Assembly (NCBI GenBank): GCA_040954595.2
Contig: CM082578.2
Span: 711,740-775,739 of the forward strand
Source of the DNA: Balanoglossus misakiensis
Lineage: Eukaryota > Animalia > Hemichordata
Direction: 5' to 3'
Length of the DNA: 64,000 nucleotides
The notes below the pieces were generated by a model. The model worked only from the letters and a program-made list of their open reading frames with translations. It was not told where the DNA came from and did no database searches. Position numbers and translations under genes: made by a program. The first letter of the stretch is position 1. Each line of letters opens with the position of its first letter. Below, piece after piece: positions 48,597-58,738 of this stretch.

Positions 48597-50229
48597 ATTA
48601 AGACACAGCGCTAATACTAGTGTCTGTCACGACTATCACACCAAAACTGTCCTTTACAGTAAATATAAAAAAGCTATTCAAGTCGGGGGAGTCTTTCCAC
48701 GAGTCTTCGATATCGAGGAGCCATTTGTATCTGCATAAATTTGCATTTCCAGTCTCGTTCGCGGATGACTTGTTTGTATTTGTCAAAGGTGAGTTAGGCA
48801 CGTGCTTAGTTTTTTGGGTAATCGTAATCGTCCATGGTAACTTATTTGTCTATTACATATTTAAATGTCATCTTTCTTATCAAGCCTTGATGTAAATACA
48901 TGTTATTTTCGTAAACACCACGGGTTCACAGAGTTTTGCTTCCAGGATGTCTGCAGTTGAATACAGCACACACATCTGCTTTTTGCCCCAATGTCAGAGA
49001 GCGTAGCAATAAATAATGTATGGTAATTACGTATACGTCCCTTTCTCAGATCAAAATCATTTAAGTTAACAAAATAATGGTAAGTACATTAAAAATTAAA
49101 TGGGGGACGAGATAAGGGTGAAGCAATATTAATTCAAATAAAATAAAATCTAAAATACATGTGAAATCCTGGTTTGTCCTCATTAAACTAAATTGACGCG
49201 CATGAAGGGCTGCAGTCCATTTGTTAATTCTCTTGATCGTTCTCTCTATTGAACCCAACAGTAAATAAAAATACAAAAAGGTAAGCCAGTCCGGCCAGTG
49301 CTAACTTGGTCTGACTGGTACGCTGGAAAGGGAAATCGTCAGACAGCACCATTTTCAGGACAAGATGACAATTATGTTTGTGCTACCGGTGGATGCAATG
49401 GTCCTCTCATTGTATTATAGAGCTAACTATATTTACGAAATTCGCATAGCAATGCTATGTTTCGGCTTTACAACCTGAAGCCAGAGTTTGAAGCAATGTG
49501 GAAGGCTGTTGTTATGTTGACCTTCCAAATTTTTGGCCAATTGAGAAAATTATTCGGCACATCAAGGGAGAATCTCCAATAATCTCTGCCGGAACAGTTG
49601 AAAAAGGACAAATCTATCGCATATGTCCCAAATGTCCCTCGCTAATTGGGCTGTGGAGACCGGCTGCATAAATGGGTTGTCACCTCAGACGAAATCATTT
49701 ACGGTGCGAAGTGTAGTTAGCGTGCGCTTGGGCCCTAAAAAATGCCAGTAATACCACAGACAAAGATAATTGGTTCCTTATCCCCACTGCGTAGTATGTT
49801 TTCGTATGATTTAGTAGTGGAGTGGTCAAGGACCCCCTGGTTGGGGACCCTTGTGTTACGCAGAGAGGAAGAAAAACAGGTTGCCACTCCTCGCGGTACA
49901 GTGATTTTGGGTGGGTGGGCGGGAGTTTTCCATGCACCATTCGATGTGATGTGACACCTGGGTGTATGCGCACTCCAATTATATATAGGTATCTTATGAA
50001 TATTCATATTCAATCAACCAATCACTACGCAGTGTAGATAGTTCCTTATCCCCACTGCGTAGTATGTTTTCGTATGATTTAGTAGTGGAGTGGTCAAGGA
50101 CCCCCTGGTCCCCCCAAATATTACTTCTTTAGATTCATAATCACCCCTTCTCTCATGCCTTCTCTCCAAACCTCATCAACACAAAACAACCCCACAGCCA
50201 TATATCAGCACGGGAGGAGACTCGAGCCC

Positions 50230-50436
50230 GGCTTTCCATCCCGTCCATCGAACTTGTCTAAGCAATCTGTCTTTCATTGCCTCTCTTGGATCAAAAATCA
50301 CATTACGTTCCCATGCACTCATACCAGACATCGGGTTAAGAGACTAAGAAGAAAAACCATGGGAGAAAATACTATCAATAATTTTGTCGATAAAGAAAAT
50401 AACAGTAGCATAAGACACACAACCAGGGGGTTATGA
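50230..50436 (+). pseudogene. Possible degenerate Crypton-type tyrosine recombinase fragment
   Basis: KTMGENTINNFV...NSSIRHTT resembles the PMGxNTI...TNHSxRxT box of Crypton/DUF3504 recombinases. The match is short and decayed. Confidence 0.3.
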
Positions 50437-50999
50437 TTAAACCCCCAAGGCCAGGAAGAAAAATAAATTGTTCATCGGAATCGTCGCTTCTACTTTGGAT
50501 GATTTGGAATTTTTTTTGGGGGGGGGGGGATCTCGGCAAATATTCTACTTCCGTGTTACAACATTCTTAGTCACTGCCGCTGGTGGCCAGAATATGTTGT
50601 GCAAACACCAACTGTAAAGTTAATTGCCTATGTTATTGTTGGGAAATATAGTATTGAATTCAGTTACAAGTACATGTATCAGTGTTTTTTGTCTGAGATA
50701 TTTCTGGTAAAAAGGGAAACAATTATCTCGCCTTTTCTGCATCTGTGCAAAAACCGCATTTACTTTCAGCCTAAACAACAAATAAAAATAAAAATATTCG
50801 CTCGCCGCTCCTGGACCTTGGTCCAAAAAATCCGATGAACAAGATTTTTTTTCTCTCTGGCCCAAGGCCCTTTTTTTTTTAAGGCAAGCCAGCATTTAGT
50901 GAGCTGACTATACCTAAGGGCTATCGAAATAATAACATCAAATAAACATCCGGAAAGAAAACAAATTTCACACATGCACAACTGCAAAATCAAATAATC

Positions 51000-51520
51000 A
51001 TTACTATATCACATGTTTCCCATTGAAACACCTTTGCCCAGTATTCATACATAATTCATCACTCGTCAAATATTACATGTCTCTCAATAGGACAATCCCA
51101 TACAACTACGCACACCTGTATAATCAGCCAATCACTATGTGAATCACATAAATACTCAAACAAAATCCACGCATAAAAATTTACATGTCTCTCAACAGGA
51201 CACATCCTACTTCAATATGCATACCTATGTAATCGGCCAATCACATGTCTCTCATGGGACACACAAAAAATTACGTGTCTCCCACTGGACTCCCAATTTC
51301 AGTATTCAATACACGTGTCAAATTTTATCACAAAAACTTACGTGTCTTCCACTGGACACCCTATTTCAGTATTCAAAACACGTGTCAACTTTCATCATGA
51401 AGCATACGTACGCGTGTCTCCCACTGGACACCCCAAAACTAATTATATCAAAAACTTATATACTTCATGTCTCTCAACAGGACAAACCACTTCAATACAG
51501 AAAACGTACACACCTGTGTA
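51000..51520. repeat. Degenerate short tandem repeat (CAYGTCTCYCAnnGGACA motif)
   Basis: The motif recurs about eight times at irregular spacing. Confidence 0.6.
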
Positions 51521-52122
51521 ATCACCTATTCACAAGTCATAAACTCGTCACAGATTTCCTTTCAAATACTTACCGTAAATTATTGCATAATTTTTGTACC
51601 AACACACATGTACAAAAGCTAACTAAACCGCTTTTTCCAAATCTTCATACTCAACTTGAAGTACACTATGACAAAATTCATATGAATAAATATCGCACTG
51701 AAAACACAGAAAAACAACTTACCACCTTGTTTTGAGGTGGCGGTCTCAACTCAGCAGCCTGGGTAGGCAAAGTCGCCTGAGAGGTAGAACCCGACACAGA
51801 ACCCATTACACCGCTTGGTACACTCACACGTCTTGGTAGTTGGTTACCATCCTTTTGCAGAGGTTTTGGCTACTGTGCTTGTAGTTGTGAAGTACCCTGC
51901 ACTACAGGTTGTGAAGTAGACTGCATGCTGTACCGCGAGGAGTAGGGTCTGCTCTCTAGTTATCCATGCACCGTTCGATGTGATGTGACAGCTGGGTGTA
52001 TGCGCACTCCAATTATATATAGGTATCTTATGAATATTCATATTCACTCAACCAATCACTACGCAGTGTAGATAGTAAAAATATAAAACATGCGACCTTG
52101 ATTAATGAGCAACCTATCGACC

Positions 52123-52138
52123 AAACCATACATAAAGT
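52123..52138 (+). promoter_or_regulatory. PSE-like element upstream of U2
   Basis: AAACCATACATAAAGT lies at about -61 to -46 from the U2 start, the position of snRNA proximal sequence elements. The match to consensus is loose. Confidence 0.4.
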
Positions 52139-52183
52139 TTTGTTGAGCTTGATACCGTCCAGAGTTCCGGCCCGACGGCCAGT

Positions 52184-52212
52184 ATCGCTTCTCGGCCTTT
52201 TGGCTAAGATCA
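52184..52212 (+). ncRNA. U2: U2 snRNA 5' end (nt 1-29), truncated by a retrotransposon
   Basis: ATCGCTTCTCGGCCTTTTGGCTAAGATCA matches the conserved metazoan U2 5' end. The expected continuation AGTGTAGTATC is absent. Confidence 0.92.
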
Positions 52213-53560
52213 TTGGTTGTTACTGGTGTGTTATATCCAATCCAAGAAGAGTATTTCTACAGGTGGTTTTTTCATCGTTCGACGTCCTCGTGGAGCTTCG
52301 TTTCTTCTTTTCTTTTGGTATCAGCCAGGTGGACGTGAGCGTGAGTTGCTTCTTTTTTAGCTTCTCATTTTTCTTTGCCGTTTTTATTTTCGCTTCAGTA
52401 TGGTGCGTAAAGACCGCACCTTGTTGTTGAAGTTTCGGGAGGGTGTGAGTGGGTCGGGTAGGATTTTTGAGTTATTGCGTGAGGCGGGTGTGTGTGCAGA
52501 GACCCATCTGGAGGCGGTCCAAAGATTGCCGGGTCGATGTGTAGATGTAACGTTTAGGACATTGTCTTTTAGACGTCAGTTTGAAGACGTCTTGAGGGGT
52601 GCGAAAGAGTTCGAAACTCAGACTTATAGTTCTGATGTTGTTACGCTGACTGCCTTGTATATTGATAATGAGTTGGACGACAATTTTGTCCAGCGGATTT
52701 TGTCTGGGTACGGGACGGTCCTGGCAGCCAGGAAGTGTGTTTTCAGGGAGGAGCCTTCGGTGAACAATGGTACGAGGCAGTATCGTGTGCGGTTGAAAAA
52801 AAACATCCCTTCGACGATCAGGATTGGTACGCGCAACGTGTGGCTGTCCTATCCTGGACAGCCACGTACCTGTGTTAGATGTGGCCAGGTGGGGCACCTG
52901 GCCAAGGAATGTAGTAACATTAGTTGCTTCCGGTGTGGTCAGTTGGGCCACCAAGTGAATAAATGTACCTTTGATGTGAAGTGTTCCGTTTGTGGGGGGA
53001 GGGGCATGTGTTTAGAAACTGCACTCTTTCATTTGCCAATAGAGTGTCCCTGACGAAGTCTTGGCTACCGACGTCGGAAGCCACTCTGTCCCCTAGCGTG
53101 GAAGTGGTAAATAAAATAGTTGATGATATTGTGGCGGCGGCGGTCAATACGGCTCTGGGGCAGTCGTCTGCAGAGCACGTTTGTGAAGATTCTGTCCCAG
53201 GTGCTGAGTGTTCTGTTTTTTCAGACGAAATTACGCCTGGTCAGGGTGACCAGGTACAGACTTCAGGTAGTGTACAAAGTGTTGCGATGGAGGTCGAGGA
53301 AGGGCAGCAACAGAACTCGGATTTTTTTAGTCCAAGGTCATCCTTTTCATCTTTGGAAATGATTTCCACTTTTTCTGCTAAGCGTCCTCCGATGAATCTG
53401 AGGAGGATTCCAAGCGAGTTGCTGTTGCTGTTGCTGTTGATAGCGAAGCCGACTCTGATTGTTCAGTGATCTCACATGCGTCTGGTTCTGTTTCTTTACA
53501 GTCTACAGTTGAATTACGTCAAAAGGCGTTAGATTCTGTTCGTCTTTCATCCATAATGGA
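52213..53560 (+). mobile_element. Tx1-clade (Keno-like, U2-associated) non-LTR retrotransposon: 5' UTR and ORF1, 3'-truncated
   Basis: Begins directly at U2 nt 29. ORF1 has NGTRQYRV, IPSTIRIG and YPGQPRTC followed by three CCHC knuckles. No ORF2 is present. Confidence 0.78.
52400..53469 (+). pseudogene. Tx1/L1-group ORF1 (gag-like zinc-knuckle protein), frameshifted
   Basis: CVRCGQVGHLAKEC, CFRCGQLGHQVNKC and CSVCG/EGHVFRNC; the last knuckle is split by a frameshift in the G-run near 52995. Confidence 0.85.
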
Positions 53561-53564
53561 TTTG

Positions 53565-55293
53565 TCCACTGTGTACTCTTCATGGAAAATATATTGTTCA
53601 TGGTTCCAAGAATCGAAGTAGATAGTGAAATATAGTCACTTTGGAACAGTATTTTTGAAACAGTGCGACGTTTCGATCCGACTACAACGGAGCTTGATCA
53701 CGCAATGGTGTTAATTATTCAGCGTTGATGTCTCAGCAACAGGCGGAAAGATCGCACGATGGGAAAACCACAAGAAGTTCAACGTCCGTTGTTTTCGGCA
53801 AAACATCACGCCGACCAGCATAAAGCTCAACTCTAACGTTACCGGAAAACAAGCTGACAAGATCGTGGCCAAAGCTGAGAAACAACTCATTAATGTCCGC
53901 ATTCGCCAGTGCACATATACCATCATAAAACTGGGGGACAAACTAGATGAACATCAAAAGCAACTTGACGCCATCCTGAATTCCAACGAACAAGTGGAGG
54001 TGAGGGGACTCTTAGACTCGGTGCATTGTAACACCTATGAAGTCACCAAAGCTAGGCAAATGGTCAAGTTTGAAAACCTGAGGAAAAAGAAACAAGAGAA
54101 GCACACAGTGAGTAACACCAGTGTAAACACAGATAGATGGGTAGTCAATCTGAGCAACAGACAGCTAAATGCTAATGAAATCTCCATTCTGAAAAAGGGA
54201 CTGAACTTTGCGATAACACCAACCGAGGTACCAGTTGCTGAGATCATCGCTGGTACAGAGACAGTATGCAGTAAGCTCTCAGAAACCAAAGCAGCTGAGT
54301 TGAGAAGTGAAGTGGTACGAGTAGTAAAGCGGGCCAAAATATCCAAATCCAACATAACGAAGGAAGAGCGACATGCCCTACAAATATTACGTAAAGACGA
54401 GTCCATCATTGTACTACCAGCTGAAAAAGGCAGGGCAACAGTGTTGATGAACATGGCTGACTATAAAAAGAAAATTAACACTCTATTGTCTGACAACAAC
54501 ACCTATAAGACACTGAAGAAAGATCCCACTTCCAGACACAAGACCAAATTAGTTAACATGTTGAGAGATATCAGGAAAGAAGGCAACATTAGTGACAAAC
54601 TATACTGGAAACTGTACCCCAACTCTGAAGAAGCACCCAAACTGTACGGAACACCAAAAATACACAAACCAGACGCACCACTTCGACCCATTGTGTCTAC
54701 CTGTGGCAGCATCACTTACAACGTTGCGCGCCATCTAGCTGAAGTCCTTACACCACTTGTCAGTAACACAGTACACAGTATTAAAACAGTAAAGAACTGG
54801 TAGACAAGCTGAAAGATCTGCGAATTTCACCTGGCCAAAAACTGGTCTCCTATGATGTCCTAGCCTTGTTCACTAGTGTCCCAGTAGACCAAGCACTAGA
54901 AGTCACTCAAAACAAACTCAAGACAGATGACACCCTCAGCAACCGATCAGAACTCACTGTAGAACAAATAACCAAGTTATTGGAGTTCTGTCTGAAAACC
55001 ACGTATTTTGTGTATGATGGGATATTCTACCAGCAAACCCATGGAGCTGCAATGGGGTCACCAGTGTCACCCATTGTAGCGAACTTATACATGGAGTACT
55101 TTGAAGACCGTGCTATCTCCACAGCCCCCCACCCACCATCATTGTGGCTGCGATACGTGGATGACACCTTTGTGAATACAGATGAACAGGCGGTAGACTC
55201 ACTGACACAACATATAAACAGTATAGATCCTCATATTCAATTCACCATAGAACCAGAATCAGATAAGAAATTGCCTTTCCTCGACCTCTGCGT
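53565..55293 (+). mobile_element. Penelope-like retroelement (PLE) fragment with probable inverted pLTR at its 5' side
   Basis: PLE RT body 53720-55293. An inverted hammerhead-like pLTR signature, GACGTTTCGATCC, lies at 53667. Confidence 0.8.
53720..55293 (+). pseudogene. Penelope-type reverse transcriptase, one frameshift (~54785), truncated after LPFLD
   Basis: Motifs LKKGLNFA, AEKGRATV, YGTPKIHK, PLRPIVS, SYDVLALFTSVP, GAAMGSPVSPIVANLYME, WLRYVDDTF and LPFLD. Confidence 0.92.
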
Positions 55294-56976
55294 CTGTATC
55301 ACCCCAATATGTAATAATTAACCCAATGTGTAATACTAACCCAATATGTAATAACACTTAACCCAATATGTAATGCTAACCCAATTTGTAATAACACTTA
55401 ACCCAATATGTAATAAACTTTAATTCTACATGTAATAAACGTTATCAGCTAGCTGCATATGTAATAAGCGTTAACCCTATATGTTATAGACTTGAATTTT
55501 ACATGAAATAACGTTAATTCTACATGAAAAAAACGTTATTAGTTAACCCTATATGTAATAAACTTTAACCCTGTATGTAATAAACTTTAACCCAATATGT
55601 AACACTAACCCAATATGTAATACCACTTAAACCAATATGTAACACTAACCCAATATGTAATAACACTTTAACCCAATATGTAATACTAACCCAATATGTA
55701 ATAACACCTTAACCCAATATGTAATACTAACCCAATATGTAATAACACTTTAACCCAATATGTAATAACACTGCCCTAATGTGTTTGAATATGTAATATT
55801 AACCCAATAGAGTTGAAGTAAAACTCAAGTCTTTATAAAAGTAGTGAAATCAAGTTGTGTACGCATGTGTGACATCAAAATATTGTCTCAGATGGAAGCT
55901 CCCAGACATATACAGAGAATACCTAGGACACATAATTGACATGGAAAATTTCCAAATTTTAGACAGAGAATCTGATTTATTAATTAAGTCATATACATCA
56001 GGACACTTCAACCCTCACTTGTACAGATGGGGACAAGGGGGGTTACACTTTACCATCCGTGCACACTACTTGCCCGTCAAAAGTGAAACAGATACTTATA
56101 TTGAATGCCTTACGCGTCAAGTATACCTTTCTTAATTTTGAAGTCCAAAAGCGGGGGGGGGGGGGGTCATCTTTTTTTTAAAAAAAACGTTTAGGGGGTT
56201 CACATACTTATGCCACAAAACTTGTGCTTTTGAGTCCACAAAATGCAGTTTCGCACCCTTTATTTTACAAAATTTTCTAATCCCCAGCGTACCCCCGGGG
56301 CCTCCCCACCTCGGGTGATACGGGACAAATGTGGCGAATTAGCCCGGTGGTTGCAGTCCTCTAGTGGGTGGATCCGTATACTAACAGCCGATAGTAATAG
56401 TTTTGCGAAATATAGCATAAAGCTAGAGGTTCAAACAGCAAAATTTTACCTTGATTTCATGTGGAAGCAAAGGTTAGGTAAATCTATCACTATGTTAACT
56501 TTACCAGGACTATCAAATGCTACCGGAACTTGCAAGTAATTCGTTGGGTTAGGCGGGAAGTATGTTAATCAATAGGGTTTCCCCCTCTATCACCACCTCT
56601 ATTGAAAATAGATGAAATAATATTATGGTCTTTTCCCAGAAAGACAAATATACCCCCCCCCCCCTCGTATAAAAAATACAAGCCACCGTTATTACATATT
56701 GGGTTAAAGAAAAACCTTGAGTTTAGTTTTAAAACATGTTTAGTAAGGATTCCAATTCATATACAGATATAATTTCATATTAATTTGGTGTATTTCATTT
56801 AGCTTAGCATTAAAATACATTAGGGCAGTGTTATTACATATTGGGTTAAGGTGTTATTACATATTCGGTTAAAGTTTATTACATATAGGGTTAGTGTTAC
56901 ATATTGGGTTAAGTGTTATTACATATTGGGTTAGTATTACATATTGGGTTAATTATTACATATTGGGGTGATGCAG
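55294..56976. mobile_element. Non-autonomous TIR element with internally repetitive arms (AACCCAATATGTAATAAC)n
   Basis: CTGTATCACCCCAATATGTAAT at the left and ATTACATATTGGGGTGATGCAG at the right. Arrays at 55294-55810 and 56820-56976 are in opposite orientation. No TSD. Confidence 0.75.
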
Positions 56977-57273
56977 CTAACGAAGGCTAGTGTCTGTCAT
57001 AGTGTGCCGGGGTTTTAGTCGAGCCAAGCCGTAGGAGATCAGACTTGATCAACGTGGTCTCTGTACGCGTGTTTCTGCTCTAGAGTGCCGGGGCTTTATC
57101 CAAGCCATGCCGTAGAAAATCGGACTTGATCACCGTTGCTAACGTACGATAGTGTCTGTCATATTGTGACGGAGATTTAGCCGAGCCAGGCCATAGAAAA
57201 ATCGACTTGTTCAACGTTACCAGTGTGCAACTGTTTCTGCTCTAGAGTGTCAGGGTTTTAGCCGACTTATGCT

Positions 57274-58176
57274 TACATATAATCCCATGATATCTTTCTT
57301 TGTTTGACGTCATCGTATACGAGTGGTTTTCGCGGAGCAGTGCAACTTCGAGCCGCAGGCGAGAAGTTGTACGCTTCCGCGAAAACCACGAGTATACGAT
57401 GACGTTAAACAAAGAAAGATATCATGGGATTATATATTTATCACATGAACAGTCTTCTTATTTTTCGTTAGAAGAGGCAGGACTAAAACAATTCAGTACC
57501 TTGCAACAATTTTGGAGCGGTGTCGTATTTTACTGAGCGGGATTATGTCCCCCAGGAGATATATGTTGGGAGATTTTATGAATGATCAGCGATAGTTCAT
57601 CATTTGCATATACGCAAATGGTGAACTATCGCTGATCATTCATAAAATCTCCCAACAAGTCGTCCCGTTGAGTTCCGTTCGCTCGAAGTTCGGCCTTACA
57701 CAAATGTAATCGATTCTCTAACAATTTTACTGCAACCTGTTGCCACGTCTTATACATTTCGTTGACCGGTGCAATAGAGAGGTTCAGTCGTCACGCTGAA
57801 CTGGCTCGAAACAATTCCCCACGCTGATTCGACTCGGAACGTACCGGACTTGCGCCTAGCCTAGGCTATGTACACCTGACCCAAAACTTTGACAGCCACG
57901 ATCGTCCATGATCGTTGCGTCGACTGTCTTCTTTCCAAATTCCACATTTCTGTTTTGAGCTTACAAAGCGTTATTGTCATGGAACCGTAATTTTTGTATT
58001 TCATTTCTGTATTGTAAATGCCGCGCGCTACATGTACTGTTTCTGTTTGACAACAAAGCTACGGCGAATCCGTGGAAATAGTTCCGGTTGATGACGTAAC
58101 ACAGGGGTGATCAGGATTTTTGATCTGTCCTGGTCTACGTCACACAGGTGGTGATCAGGGCCAGTTCATGTGATAA
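57274..58176. mobile_element. Crypton-like non-autonomous hairpin element (~900 bp)
   Basis: Absent from the paralogous site at 60611-60630. It has a ~160-bp terminal hairpin with a GCCGCAGGC apex and an internal TTATCACATGAAC inverted against the terminal GTTCATGTGATAA. No clear TSD. Confidence 0.65.
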
Positions 58177-58360
58177 TGTAGGAAATCTGAGTTGATGAAC
58201 GGGAATCCAATGTTAGAAAACCCGTGTGGAAAGTATCTCTACCCGTTTGAAACTAAGAATAGAATTTATTCTTATTTATTTTGTAAAAAAGACAATTTTT
58301 CGAAAAAAAGTCGAAAATGGTAATTTTGTCTTGGGTGATTCAAATTATACCGCCTTTTCT

Positions 58361-58738
58361 CATCGTCGCAAACCACGGCCCTTTTACGGCAGCGCTCTGC
58401 TCCCCCCAAAAAGGCCGTGGTATAATACGGCCATGTATTCAGTATTTGGTCTAGTCGCTTTCATAGTACACCCAACAACCAATCAGATTGCTTGTTACAT
58501 CCCATTCACGCATCTCATTACATCTCATTCTAAACAACATGGCGGCTTCCAGTGTGGAAGTGCTATTGTCCCAGCTCTCCTTGAGAGACGGGCTTTGATT
58601 GGCCAGATTATAATGATGTCATCTCATGAATATGCATTACCAATATGTTCAAATACCAGCGCGGTACTCCATTTTAACCAGAGTACGTGATTTCGATAGT
58701 GAAACGAAAGAAATCCGTAGTCTGGTGGGGCGAGAATG
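58361..58738. mobile_element. 378-bp non-autonomous DNA element with 8-bp TSD CCTTTTCT
   Basis: TSD at 58353-58360 and 58739-58746, empty site at 60795-60802, and imperfect TIR CATCGTCGC / GCGAGAATG. Confidence 0.85.

Noticed and set aside
55300-55810. Telomeric repeat array
   Set aside because: TAACCC occurs only within a longer ~19-23-bp unit that forms TIR arms; it is not (TTAGGG)n.
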